Source of the DNA: Octopus sinensis
Lineage: Eukaryota
Reading direction: 5' to 3'
Length of the DNA: 64,000 nucleotides
Assembly (NCBI RefSeq): GCF_006345805.1
Contig: NC_043002.1
Location: 99,882,001-99,946,000 of the forward strand
Of this stretch, positions 12,880 to 26,394 are shown in pieces; positions within the stretch are counted from its first letter, which is position 1, and the number at the start of each line of letters is the position of its first letter. Made by a program: the position numbers and the translations under genes. The notes beneath the pieces were generated by a model. It searched no databases. It was not told where the DNA came from and was given only the letters and a program-made list of their open reading frames with translations.

Positions 12880-13800
12880 TATTACTTCAAGTACTTAGAA
12901 CTCCCGTGATAATTCTTGCTGGTCTTAAGGCACAAACTTTCTGTAGGAGCTCTACAGGACATTCTATTCCAATCTCCTTCAGCCATTTTTACAGTTCTCA
13001 TACTCCAAAATTTACTTATTTTAAATTTTAAAATGTTACATTTTTTTCATCTGTCTTTTCGATACGGGGATCAAACGGGAATGATGGGTGAATTAGAAAG
13101 TAACTTACTTTTCCTTATCTATATTTTTATGTCCAGTCTATTATTTTCAAATTTCTTGTCTGTTTGAATAGGAAAATCCCAACCAATCTTACTCTTTTAC
13201 CCTTTTACATGTTTCAGTCATTTGACTGTGGCCATGCTGGGGCACCGCCTTTAGTCGAGAAACTCTACCCCCAGGACTTATTCTTTGTAAGCATAGTACT
13301 CATTCTATCGGTCTCTTTTGCTGAACAGCTAAGTTACGGGGACGTAAACACACCAGCATCGGTTGTCAAACGATTTAAAGAGAACAAACACAGACACACA
13401 AACATATACACACACATACATATATACGACGGGCGTCTTTCAATTTCCATCTACCAAATCCTCTCACAAGGCTTTAGTCGGCCCGAGGCTATAGTAGGAG
13501 ACACTCGTCCAAGGTGCCACACTGTGGAACTGAACCCGGAACCATGTGGTCGGTAAGCAAGCTACTTACCACACACGACTCTTTCGACTCAATGATTGCA
13601 CCATGTGTTTTCATCTTCAAATCCCCATTTCTGGCAAGATTTCCAGTGTAAAACTTTTACCACCTGGTCGTGCCTCCATTTCTTATATTCTTCCTATGTG
13701 AACCTGGGGTTTTCTGTCACAATTTGTCCCACTGTGCCACAAGTCTGCTGGATCCAAAGAATATTTGGCCTATTGTCTCCGACGAAATCAACTGTGTCTC
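12880..13800 (-). mobile_element. Degraded R4/Dong-like (restriction-like endonuclease) non-LTR retrotransposon 3' part, split by a SINE
   Basis: Minus-strand translation gives EEYKKWRHDQVVKVLHWKSCQKWG...WCNH, KIGWDFPIQTDKKFENNRLDI..PFDPRI and WLKEIGIECPVELLQKVC...ARIITGVLST*. These are the RHD, PD-(D/E)xK and C-terminal motifs of RLE LINEs. Confidence 0.8.
13188..13582 (-). mobile_element. Family-A SINE inserted in the RLE LINE
   Basis: Full family-A body with an internal CA/TA tract. Confidence 0.9.
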
Positions 13801-14293
13801 TCAAACTCTTCGATGGGATTTCGATAAAATATATATCAGTAAAATACAGAGATTGTCGATATCCAATAACCCACGTCTCATAAATTTGCTTGCTTTGTGC
13901 CTGTATCAGAAACAAAAAGATGGAATTGATTTTTTAAAAAAGAAATTATAATCAAAGATGCCAAATCTCATATGCAATATTGTGGTGTTAATTTATACAT
14001 TTAGAAATTCGTTACACAATGTACATTTTACTTTCTATGTAATATTCAATTTCTCTTCTACGTTTCTGTTGGTGAAAGACTAAGAAGATATTTTTGCATT
14101 GATTTACTTTTCGCATCATATGTATTACGAAATGTTGTATAGGGATTTTAAATTTATCTCGGTTTTTTTTGCTATTTGTATTGTTGAATACTTAAACTTG
14201 ATACAAATTTTAAATGCTAGATTTTCAACTTAATAGAATTTGTATACATTTGTTTCTCTCTACTACAATTTAACTAGAATAAAATGAGAAAAC

Positions 14294-14340
<47 letters not shown>

Positions 14341-14620
14341 CATATGTATGTATATATATATACATTATGTGCGTATGTATGGATGGATGTATACACAACT
14401 GAGAAGAAAAACTCAATAAAGTGGCGCTCAACACATTTGGTGGGAATATATATAAGACATTTGAGTCAGCTCCTTACAACTTATATTCGTAGTATCGTAT
14501 AACGAATCTAACTCATCGAGCATTGCTCTCTCTCTCTCTCTCTCTTCATGTACACACACACACACATACACATACATATATATATATATATAATATATAT
14601 ATATATATGTATATATATAT

Positions 14621-15087
14621 ATTGTTGTGCAAGATTTTTTATGTGAAGTCGTGTGTTGAAACAGATATTGTTATATTTCGGAATGGTCATATTGCCAGTT
14701 TAGCCAATAAAAACACACGCACTATATATTTGGTGTTATTTTGCTTCAGTGATATTTATTTTTACATTAATCTTAATCTTATTTCGGCCAAAGTTCTTTC
14801 GTCACACTCCTGTGACCGCATCAGTGGTCCTTTGTTTTCTTCTCACTTACTTGTGTCTCTCCTTACTATCCGTCTATGGCTGACGGATAGTAAGGAGAGA
14901 CACAAGTAAGTGAGAAGAAAACAAAGGACCACTGATGCGTCACAGGAGTGTGACGAAAGAACTTTGGCCGAAATAAGATTAAGATTAATGTAAAAAATAA
15001 ATATCACTGAAGCAAAATAACACCAAATATATAGTGCGTGTGTTTTTATTGGCTAAACTGGCAATATGACCATTCCGAAATATAACA

Positions 15088-15091
<4 letters not shown>
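14621..15091. mobile_element. Palindromic (fold-back) element in (TA)n, probably an inverted Penelope pseudo-LTR
   Basis: Arms 14665-14874 and 14882-15091 are reverse complements with two 1-bp indels, around a 7-nt loop TATGGCT. (TA)n on both sides. A hammerhead-like core sits in each arm. Confidence 0.75.
14926..14969 (+). ncRNA. Minimal type-I hammerhead-ribozyme-like motif (variant core CUGAUGC); mirror copy at 14786-14830 on the minus strand
   Basis: GGACCA-CTGATGC-GTCAC(AGGAGT)GTGAC-GAAA-GAACTT-TGGCC. Stem II is perfect, stem I is CCA/TGG, stem III is minimal, and the core has an A9->C deviation. Confidence 0.55.
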
Positions 15092-15119
<28 letters not shown>

Positions 15120-15160
15120 GTATATATATACATATATATATATATGTATATATATATACA

Positions 15161-15194
<34 letters not shown>

Positions 15195-15240
15195 TATATA
15201 TATATATATGTATATATATATACATATATTATATATATAT

Positions 15241-15330
<90 letters not shown>

Positions 15331-15384
15331 TATATATATATGTATATATTATACATATATATATATATATGTATATATATATAC

Positions 15385-15466
<82 letters not shown>
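15088..15466. repeat. (TA)n-rich microsatellite
   Basis: Read directly from the sequence. Confidence 0.95.
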
Positions 15467-15470
<4 letters not shown>

Positions 15471-16162
15471 TTTGTATATGCTTGTTTAATTGTAAGATTG
15501 TATGAGTACCATGCATGCGTAAAAATTAACTCTTCAGCCCGTAGTCTTATTTGGTATTCTTTTTTGGCACTTGTGCTTTCCCCGCCTACACCATACGCAT
15601 TCATATGTACAGAGGTTATTCTTTAAATGTGATAATGACAGTGACTGTTTCTTGTTTTAAACAGTTCATAATTTAGTAAATGCAAGATAACTTTTATAGT
15701 TTTTATTAATTTGATGTGCAAAAATCTTTTGAAAAATATAATCTTTTAGAACGATGTTATTAACTAATTATAACTTCGTAGATCTTATAAATTCAGATCA
15801 AATTATATACAAATTATTCTATTTTGCACAATTCCTGAACAAAAGTGCAAGGTACATATTCTAAAACCCTGAATGGATTTTTAAAATTCTCACGTAGTAT
15901 TTATTGTTCTTAACTAATTCAAACCACTTGGCCTGATTGAACTAACCCACCATCAATACTGTTCCTGTCATGGCCTTCACAATTTTTATTCCAATAGTCT
16001 ATCTTTGACATCGTTATCTACTGCAATCTTGTTTATTTTAGGACAACAAAAAAGGTTGTGCTGGTATTTTTACCAAAACGAGTTGCAATGTACTGACTCT
16101 CTTGAAGGATTTGATAGCTCGATGGGGCTTACTGACTTGACGAAAATTTATGAATGCGAACC

Positions 16163-16186
16163 CATACACACACATACACACACACA

Positions 16187-16247
<61 letters not shown>

Positions 16248-16258
16248 GTATATATATA
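16163..16258. repeat. (CA)n(TA)n microsatellite
   Basis: Read directly from the sequence. Confidence 0.95.
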
Positions 16259-19200
16259 ATTTCTCGATAAGTGCTTAATATAAAAAGAAATTCGTCGAAA
16301 CACTTTAGAACGATTTAGTATTTGAATCAGAATGCTATAATTAGTAATTAAACGCTTACTTCAGGCTTCTTCTAAAATGCATATAAAATATGTGAAAAAA
16401 CACGAATATACCTATAAACATACAAATGAACCATATTTCAAACCGGATTGATGCATATACGAAGGCACGTGTCCTAATATTTACTGCGTTGTGCTTTCGA
16501 TCAAGATGGCCTGGGTTAGTTTCACAGTCTATGGAGTTTGTTGTTTACTTGAGTAAGGCATTTTATTTCAATTTACTTTAACCTATTAATCATAGCAGAA
16601 CTACCAGCTGAAGGTAGGTGCAGCCTTCATTCCCAAGTCCTGTCATATCCACCATATTGTGTCTGGTCAAATGTGAGAGAGCCTAGAATTTTGGAGGCAA
16701 CAGACGTGATACCAATATATACCCGTTTGCTAATAACTGCTATGGTTATATTATGTATATTAAGGTACATAGAATGAAGGTTCTTAAAATACCTGCCTGA
16801 ACTTTTACTGAGGAACCTCTGTAAATCATTTGAAAGATATTTAGCGTTAATAAATAAATAAAAAAACATTTTAAATACTTCAAAACAATAAAAAGTAAGT
16901 CTCAATATAATCCTTTCTTTAAAACAATTAATTTGAAATATTTTTATAAAAACCGTCATTGTTCTTAGAAAATGTTCTCGCAGTGTTTATTTTATCCTGA
17001 GTTAATATTCTGATATATTTATTTTAATATTCTTTTGATTTGGCTATTGTCTGTTTGGTTTACTATCTAACATACAAAAGACATTTTGTATCGCGCATGT
17101 TGATGTGACCCGAGTGCAATTTCCGTGGGAGAATGCAGTCTGACATTTCAATAACGGATGAGAGTAAAGGTTTTAATACACAAGATTTCAATCACATTCA
17201 GCTGAATGCGTCTTGACACTAAACAATGCCTTTTGTCGTAAAACAATACTGTAGCAGTGAATCACAACAGCACGGAAGGAAGTTTTACATAAAAATAATC
17301 AATAAGAATAAAAACGAATATTCAAGTCATTTTTGTTCTTGCGTAAGAGTATAAGTACACGTAAAACTATTTTCTGATTTAGAGAGAGATAAAACTATAA
17401 CTTAATAGTATAACTTAGATTATATATTCGTATGATATTGTTGCATATAAAATATAACTTACGATATTGTCACATATAAAATATCACCTTATAAAATACC
17501 TATTTGTCAGAAGTAGATAATATCAAGTGTCATCGGAATGTTACAAACATTGAACGAACACATCGCCGGCTTATATCTTCCAAATGAAAAACTTCATCAG
17601 GATATATTAACATCGTATGAGGTAATAGTGAGAAAAAATAATACTACATATGTTTGTGATAACTGCTAAGACAAGACTACATAAAGTAGTCTTATTTGTA
17701 TTGTGTAGTTCTAAAATCGTATGATGTTAAAATAAAATACATTATTTATAATATAAGAATATTTAAGTCATATGGTGTGTGTGTGTGTGTGTGTTTGCGT
17801 TGTGGGCGTACACATACACACACACCATGTATACACACACACCATGTATGGTCACAATGGTCATAATCTCTGAAAAGGCAGATTGTTTTGAAGAAAACCT
17901 TCATAATCCAAAACGCCATTATAATAACTGCAGACTCTTTACCTCACCAACAGTTTGATTTTTGAGTGGACGGGAATTAATGATACCAGTTTCGTAGGGT
18001 TTCATATGGATTAAGATATATAATATAGACGTCATATCATTCCTTTTCTCTTCCAGTAATTCCAATTCTATTCAAACATTAATATTTTGGCATCCAAAGT
18101 CCGTAATAAACGTATTTGCATAATTCTTTCATCATAAAGTAGTTTTGTGTTTCTTTTAATGCATCGACACTAAGTATGTACGCAGTAGCGTAATTGTTTT
18201 TTTTTTCCTTTGAACGGTATTTATAAGTTATTTATTCTGAAAGCAGTTCTATTTTCCTTCACTAATTTTCTGCAAAAAATTGCATTCATTTATAAACTCC
18301 TTCATCATTTTCTTTGTACGGTGATGCTTTTATTTCCCTGATGAGGTCATAATAAAATTAAAATACGCCCAGAATATCTGCCCTGCATATCAAAGTAATC
18401 CCAATGTTACTGATTAAACCGAACGTACTGTGGATTGAACACTAGTAAAAATATGAGCGTCACAAGCGTAGGAGAATGAAAAGGAAGTTTTTTGTATCAA
18501 TTAATTTTCCGTTTCTTTAATGCAGGTGTGATTGACAGGTGCGGGAATTAAAATAATGTGTGTTTCTGAGTTTGGGAAAATAGTGAGTTGAATGCGTGAG
18601 CAAAAATTAATGTGAATGTATGAGTGTATATGATTGCTCGAAAAAGAAATTAGTGTGAGTAGAGCTGTGTTCAATTTTTTAGGATAAGATATTTTGCTGG
18701 GTAATCATATTTTGCAGTGTTTAAATATGTGACAGTGTGTGATGAGAAGAAAAAGCAGGTGATGCGGGATTCGCAAATATGTATGCTGCGTGTAGTGTCT
18801 AGATAGAAAATGAGTGATGGGCGTAATGTTTAAGGAAAGTGGGTTGCTCTGACTACCGAAAAGAGATGTATTTAAGTAGATTGGAATTTTTTCGTGAATA
18901 AATTGTGTTGCATAATCTCCAAAACTGAGTGGTAGTTGTGCAAAAAATCGATATGATGGTCGACTGGAGACAGTGGCCCGGTGCTGTAGTGCTGCACATG
19001 CACCATATTAAACCAGCTGGTGATTCCTAACCCTATGTTCAGCTGACAGAGTTGGAATTCGATAAACAGTATGGTATACTGCTATTGAAAATTCATGTGC
19101 TCAGAAGCAGGGAGAAATTATCCAAGATGCGTAGGCAGTGACGTTATGTACGAATATGTACATTGTGTTGAACTAGAAACAGAGCAAGGAGAAGGAAAAG

Positions 19201-19423
19201 TCATAGAATGGTGCATTGGAAATATTGGGTGGAGCAGTGACTCTTCAAAGAGAAAACGAATTTCACTGGCTTGTGGATTCGTAGCACCATAAACTTTGTT
19301 AACTTGATTACACGTGCTTTTATATTATTTTCATTATAATTGACTTTAATTTCACCGTAAATTTACAACCGTTTAGCTTACTTAGAAATTATAGTTGTTA
19401 TTTTATTGTTACAATAATTACTA

Positions 19424-19672
19424 AGGCGCTGACCTGGCAGAATCTTTAGCAGAGCGAGTAAAATCCTTAATGGCATTTTGTCTGTGTTCAAATTCTGTCA
19501 GCGTCGACTGTGCCTTTCCTTCTCTCAGACCGATAAAGTACCGCTCAGGATTGGGATCCATGTAATCGACTTTGCTTTGCCATTATTTTTAAGGCAGAGA
19601 AAAATTTGCAGAATATTTAACCTCTCAGACAAAAATGCTAAGCGGCATTTCTGCTGGCTCTTTATTTTCTAA
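19424..19672 (+). mobile_element. Decayed family-B SINE pieces
   Basis: GGCGCTGACCTGGCAGAATC..GTTCAAATTC..GTCGAC..GCCTTTC..GATAAAGTACC..GTAATCGAC. Confidence 0.6.
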
Positions 19673-20504
19673 GTTCATCGTTATCATTATGGAAATAAGC
19701 ACTTTTTTCTTACTTACGTATGTTATTTATATTATTTTACGTTAGTTCTTAAAAGGTCATGAAAAGACGTGCCAGCATCTGTCTTAACTAACTTGAGGAA
19801 AAAACCCGAAAATTCGTTATTAAATTCAAGAAAAATGTATACTATTTCCAAAATATAAAATATAAAAGCATAAATCTAATAGACATCTCTTAAAATGTTA
19901 TTTCCAAATGTCAATAAAAGAACAAAAATGTTGATGTCACTGAGAACATTTAAGTAGTGAAAAATCATTGTTGTAAAAAGTATAATTTTCATAACATATT
20001 TGCACTTGGACATGAGAAAGGTCATATAGGTATTAATATAATTCGTATAACACATCATTTATGTTGTTCACTAGCCTTCAAATATTGATTTATTTTGATT
20101 TTTTTTTTACAAATCTTTATGAGTTTCGGAAATTTCAAGATTAAAATTGATGTATTTTCCACATCCATCATATGACGACAGGGATTTTTCTGTATGCCGA
20201 ATCTGCAACACAGACTGGTACCCACACTAAATGGCCTCATGGTAATGATACTGAGTTGCCTCTGGCCAACACTGATCATGCAGAGCTCAAATCAACAGCT
20301 TTCAAATCACGGCAATTCTGTTTATTCCGGAGTGCCTACGGCTACGTAATCTGATGTACTTTTTATTTACAATAATAAGGTATTGGTTAAAGGGTGTTTA
20401 GCTGACGTTTCTGACAGGTTAAGTGACCACATACAGGCTCCAGATTTTTAAGTGTGAATTTTTAACCACCTGTATTCTATAGATATCATGTGATCTTATA
20501 TCTT

Positions 20505-20880
20505 TTCATTTTTACCTCTTTCAATCATTGAAGTAAGTCTATGCTGAAGCTGCACCCTAAAGGGGTTTTAAACGAATAAAAAGAGCCACATACTTATTTT
20601 TAAACCCGGTAGTTATTCTATCAGTTTCTTTTGCAAATCCACTAAGTTACAAGAGACTAAATAAACCAACTCCGTTTGCGAAGTGGTGTGGGTGACGCGC
20701 TCACGCACGCACACACACAAACGCGCACACGTACACGTACACATACGTATATATATAAATACACACACATATACACAGAAACAAACACACACATGCACAT
20801 ACACACAAATGCACGCAAACACATACACACAAGTGCGAACACACAATCACACACACACAGTTTCCGTCGACCAAATCCTC
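20505..20880 (-). mobile_element. Decayed partial family-A SINE with an expanded (CA)n interior
   Basis: Tail-like TTCAATCATTGA..ATGCTG..GCACC and CAGTTTCCGTCGACCAAATCC. Confidence 0.6.
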
Positions 20881-21708
20881 CCACATTATTTTAACTAGTT
20901 ATTGTTTTAGATTTATCTTCATCGCTTACTACTTGTGTAATTTACATTACCCCCCTCCCTATTTAAGAATCATATCTTAGACTTCCATTGTAGTTGTACC
21001 GATGATGTGTGTCTATAATTTAAGATTTATTGCAGTATCAGTCCTACTGCTACTTTACCTGTTATAGTTTATAATCCCGGATTACTAGTTCCAATTATTT
21101 CTGACAGCTGTTTTTTTTTTTTTACTTATATGAATTCTTTGTAATTAATTAGTTCTTGATACTTCAAATTTTAAGATTAGCAATACAATAGCTGCCTTTT
21201 AGTTTGTGTATTTGCAAATATCTACACGCCTCCGCCACCCACCTCCACACAGAATTTTCAAAATTATAGACGTAAACACCGAAATCCTGCCACTAACCAC
21301 ACATAATTTCTAACAATAAGTATAGAAGTAGCCGCAAGATACCTGCCATTAAGAATAAAGAAGTAGTGGAGTAGTAAATATCTTTACTGGATGTCATTAC
21401 TATTCATCCGTGGTAAGAGAGAACAATTTCAAAATTAAATGAAATAATAGTTTATTTTTAAAATATTCTATTTCCTATCCTGCAAAATGAGTGCATGTAT
21501 TATACAATATTTGTATTTATATTTACTTGAATGATTTCTCCAAAAACACCGTTCCTTATCAAGATTATGTTTTCATGTCTATGTTGTGCGTTTCTGGATA
21601 ATATATATCGAAATATACGCATAAATTCTTGAGACTTGCTTGCAATTTCTAGCAGGTCGAATAATCATATAAAAGCACTCAAATTCATGAACATAAATAT
21701 ATATTATA

Positions 21709-21974
21709 AAATAAAAATAAAATAAATGGGCCCTTTTAAAGCCTACCCAGGTTCATGGGACCGGTTTCCCGGTTTCCATGACGTATGTGTTCCCCAGCTG
21801 GATGGGACGCCAGTCCATCGCAGCGTTACTCATTTTTGCCAGCTGAGTGGACTGGAGCAACGTGAAATGACGTGTTTTGCTCAAGAACACAACGCGTCGC
21901 CCGGTCCAGGAATTGAAAGCACGATCTTACGATCATGGTGCTGACACCCTAGCCACTAAGCCACATGCCTCCAC
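21709..21974 (-). mobile_element. tRNA-derived SINE, family C (GTGGAGGC..GTGGCTTAGTGG head)
   Basis: A/B-box-like head on the minus strand. 14-bp TSD AAATATATATTATA at 21695-21708 and 21975-21988. Confidence 0.85.
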
Positions 21975-22129
21975 AAATATATATTATAGTGATATTTAAT
22001 GGCAGACGATGCATAGCAGTATTCCTCAGTGAAATATGTGAACCCAGCCTGCCTCATATGTATATTTCTACATACGTGTATGCGTGTGCGTATGTAGGAG
22101 GGGGGATAGAGAGAGAGAGAGAGAAGGAA

Positions 22130-22682
22130 AGAGAGGCAGACATGTGGTAAGAAGTTATCTTCTAGGATATATAGTTTCGGGTTCAGTTCGACTGCACGGT
22201 ACTTAGGGCAAGTACTTTCAACTATACCATCACACAAACTGAAGCATTTTGAGTGGATTCAGTCGACAGAAATGGAAAGTAGCTTGTATGTATGTATGTA
22301 TGTATGTATGTATCAATGTACGTATGTACGCATGTATGTATGTATGTAAGTATGTATCAGTGGATGTATGTATGTATGTACGTATGTATGTATGTATGTA
22401 CGTAAGTATGTATGTATGTATGTACGTAAGTATGTATGTATGTATGTACGTAAGTATTTATGTATGTATGTATGTATGTATGTATGTATGTATGTGAATG
22501 TGTGTTTGTGTTTCTCTCCGACACCACTAGACAAACGGTGTTCGCATGCCTACGTCTCCATAGCTTGGCGTTAGATTACGTACCGATAGAATAAGAACCA
22601 GATTACAAAAAGTGGAAAAAAATACCATGACTAAATGCTCCAAGGTGGTACCCTAGTAAGGCTGCAGTCTGACTGAGTAAAT
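22130..22682 (+). mobile_element. Decayed family-A SINE with an internal (TATG)n expansion
   Basis: TGTGGTAAGAAG..GGTTCAGTTC..GGCAAGT..GTGAGTGGATT head, (TATG)n at 22284-22495 and a family tail. Confidence 0.75.
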
Positions 22683-23129
22683 AATATATGTTTACATGCT
22701 CACATACATGCATACGCACCTACGCACGTACCTGCGTATGTGTGTGCGTATGTGTATAGTACATAGTATTCTTCGCGTGTGTGTATACATGCATGTAGAT
22801 ATATGTATACATATATTCAACCTATCTATATATGTACTATACATATGTGTGTGTGTGTGTATGTGTGTGTGTGTGTGAGGTGTATTGTGTAGCTTCTGTA
22901 GATTGGTCTACATTTGTGGGTTATGATTTATATTTGGAATAAATTTGAAAGAGCAGATCTAATATTTGTCTCTGTATTGTTAAATGCCTGATACTATATT
23001 GGCGATTCATTCATTTTGTACATTTACACCTGCTAAAGCTGAATTATGTCTCAATATATTTATAAGCAACTGCAAAGTATACATCTATGTTTCAACTTTA
23101 ATATCATTCTGACGTCATCAGAAATTTCT

Positions 23130-23800
23130 GGGAAATATCAGGACATAACAAATAGAAGAAAAATCACACGTTAATCGTAAATGTTATTGGCTACAGGCAT
23201 CAGAAAGAAAATGATCAATAAAATGTGCCTTATCACTTCTTTAACAGTAGGCTATCAGTGGTGACGTGGGTATAAAAAGGTGGCTCGATTTGGCAGGAAA
23301 ATAGTCTGGTGCAAATATAGCATTTATCTGAAGAGCTACTGGCCAATGTTATGCTGAAACCTATGCTATAAAATGCATAGAAACAATTTTAATCTGTTCT
23401 CAGTTCACATAAACGTATCATCCTAGGCACGCATCAGCTAGAAAGGAGCGAGTGTGGGAGTTTACTGCGCAAATTTTAACCAACAGGCGGTTGGTTGTTG
23501 TGATATAGGACTATATTTATAGCTAATTCAACAAGGTTGTGTTATAAGAAAGCGTTCGATCCTGACATCCACTCGAGAACATTAGCCTCCCGACATGCTA
23601 AATTCAGGGATTGTTCTCAAAACAGTAAGTGGCCTTGCTTTATTTTTGAGCACCAGTATAGAGTTAAAGAAAAGGAAATGATGATTTTGCATAGGATTAA
23701 GATAATTTATCGAAGGAGTATAGTTCAAGGAAACAACTGCTCTGTAATGTTGGCTATGTTTGCAATGAACACTTATCTTTTCCGTTGAATAAATCTGTAA
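23130..23800 (+). mobile_element. Highly degraded RLE-clade (R4/Dong-like) reverse transcriptase fragment
   Basis: ORF 23537-23788 contains YKKAFD...H and YRRSIVQGNNCSVML..AMN, corresponding to D..KAFDS.PH and RGI.QGD.LS.LLF.LAMN. Confidence 0.65.
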
Positions 23801-24901
23801 ATCATGTGACTGTTTTACAGAACGCTTGAAGCATTGGTTTTCAAAATATGTATATGAAGTTGTGACTTGCACTAAATATACTACCTTTAAAGTATTTTAA
23901 TATAAATTTTGGCCAACATCAATAATCCTATTTGACTGTAAAACGAAAGAAAAACAATCATCCTAGCATCAACTCAGTCATCACTAGTTACGTATATTTT
24001 TTATCTATTGTTAGAATAAAATGTGCGTCCAATATGCTGTTGTTGTTGTCTTCAGAAAAATCATTAGGCGAATGTCTTGGTATTGTCTTTATGGTTATTT
24101 CAAACACGATATATATTTATATACCGTTTTCGTTTCAGCGTGTTATGCTGGTGTGTAGGAATTGCTTTCATTACCCTATGCTCCTACTTATCACAAGATT
24201 CTCTCCCTCCTCTTCTCTCTTCTCCGGCACCCCTCTCCCTTTCTCTCTCTCTCTCTCTCGTTATCTGTGTGTTTCTCTTTCACGTAGGCACAAGAATCTG
24301 ACCAGGAGTTAAAATGAACTTGTGGCCCGCTAACTGATATATATTCATTCAGTTCTTTTTATTTCTGAGAAATATAGTGTTTATGTACAAACTTTCTGAT
24401 CTGCAGTAAAAAAAAAAAAAACATATATAACATGAGCAGTATAACATTCTCCAGCTCTACACAGCAACTGTATTGATTATTAGAGTAAACTTTTACTCCC
24501 AGAATGTTGCTTCTCTCTTTTAAGAAGCTCCCTTAAAATATCCCTTGTCAGAAATCCTACAAAACAGCAAGCGAGTTGCTTGGGTGTTTTAACGCTGCAA
24601 GCATCTGGTCAGGTTTCTGATATCAAGATGGCTTCCTCCCTTCCCTCTACAAGTACCGAAGAACCTGTAAAAGGTTACATGTACTACCTTCTGTCTTCTC
24701 TGAACGTTACAAAACGTTATAGTTTCTTTATATGGAAATATTTTTTTTCAGAACAGCATGTGACAAGTTTTGCTCTAATTTAGTCAGTGCGGAGCTTTTT
24801 CAATTACCTGTAAAGCAGACACTGAAAGACTGATGGTACTGTTACAGCTAATGCCACTTCTTCAGGTCACACTTCAAGGAAATATGTCGACGTAGAGTGA
24901 A

Positions 24902-25292
24902 CTAGCAGTATCGCCCGACGTTGCTCGGGTTTGTAAGGGAAATAACTATATAAGCATTTTTAGAGAGTTACTTCCCTTATATAATAGTAAAAAAATTCAT
25001 TAAAAATAGAAAAAAATGATGGTAATTTTTTTTTAAATCGTAGACTCATCGTAGACATTTTTAGAGAGTTACTTCCCTTATATAATAGCAAAAAAATGGA
25101 AAAAAATGATGGTAAACTTTTTTTTAAATCGTAGACTCATCGTAGAGGCGCGCTAATACCCAGAAGGGCTTGATATGAACCACGACTATAAGATACCCGC
25201 TTTTGGTTAAACTGTACCGCAAAATGTGGGAGAGTTAGGAATCTAAATCGTAGGAGACAGACACCACACAACTTCAGTTTTATATATATAGA
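24902..25292 (-). mobile_element. Non-autonomous Helitron, complete
   Basis: Minus strand: A|TCTATATATATAAAAC...CCCGAGCAACGTCGGG hairpin-CGATACTG-CTAG|T. Contains an internal ~95-bp tandem duplication. Confidence 0.9.
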
Positions 25293-25319
25293 TTAGCATC
25301 TGGTTTTAATGCTTGCACT

Positions 25320-25415
25320 AGTGGAGGTGCGTTGCATAGTGGTTAGCGGTTACATTTACGACTGTAAAATTGTGCTTTCGATCCCTGGACCGAGCAATCC
25401 GTTGTGTTCCTGAGA
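25320..25415 (+). mobile_element. 5' fragment of family-C SINE
   Basis: GTGGAGGTGCGTTGCATAGTGGTTAG...TTCGATCCCTGGACC...TTGTGTTCCTGAG. Confidence 0.65.
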
Positions 25416-26394
25416 AAGAGTGGGTCTGGTGATAAGCTAGACGGCGTGTTAACTGTTCCGCTCTAAAATATATAAAACTTTGAACAAATATTCCCAAATT
25501 ATAGCCCACGTTACTCATTTCATAACCATTGTCTTTCTTCTAGAATAGTTTAATCGTTTCATCTCAAACCTCATATCATCACCATCACCATCAATTTCGC
25601 TGCTTTTGTTGATGAGTTGATAAGTAATTGGAGATCCTTATTTATGTACTTAGAGATTCAAAGATATTGTGGTGCTATCTCTGGAGTATTGTTTCTATTT
25701 GCAATGTTTTCTTGTTCTTACCTCCAACGCTTCTATTATTCGATCATACAGCTCAATACATGCCTATATGCGTTGTTATTTTCTCTTTCTAAGAAGTTTC
25801 AAATAAAGAAACATATCGCCTATTTACATTTATTAAAAGTATAAAACTATGTAGAGCCGCATGCCGTGAGTAAACATGCATTATTTAATATCTATGATGC
25901 ATTAGCTGAATTTTTCATTTAAACGACAAAACATTTCATGGAAACGTTAGAACCTAAATTGTTTTCAGCTAAACTTATGAGTTAAGAAAATTGATGTAAA
26001 ATTATATAAGCAATTAAAAAAAAAGCATGTAGGACTTAGGAACGTTAATGGCTTTGTTGTGTTGAATAAGATATACCTTATATATTGAAAGCAGAATGTA
26101 ATAGATTTACTTAATAATGAAACATTCGCCATTTTTATAAATTGCTTCCTATCAATAGAAGGCAATCGTTAATCGCATAGTGACGAAATTGTGTTGTTAA
26201 ATGCTCAAAAATAGTACAAGAAATCATATATTTTATTCTATGTTATACTGAGTCCTAATGACACAGTGTTTCAATCAACAATACCTTGCGATTTACGTAT
26301 TTTTCTTGTAGAAGACCCATACTCTAGAATACCTGGAAAAGTTAAAAATAACCGGCAACAAGGATAAAGTATATAAGTTGAAGGTCCTTCAGAG

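Noticed and set aside
14400-14522. Possible further hammerhead-like relic (minus strand TCGATGAG...ACGAAT) between microsatellites
   Set aside because: The core and stems are too degenerate to support.
16627-16959. 110-aa minus-strand ORF as a possible host exon
   Set aside because: No recognisable domain and no consistent multi-exon structure.
17860-18480. Possible decayed pogo/Tigger-like transposase on the minus strand (LRTLDAK)
   Set aside because: Only a faint motif, with no TIRs identified.
20055-20354. Locally balanced-GC segment with short ORFs on both strands
   Set aside because: It might be an exon or an old TE, but no motif or reliable splice pair was found. It needs BLASTX or RNA-seq.
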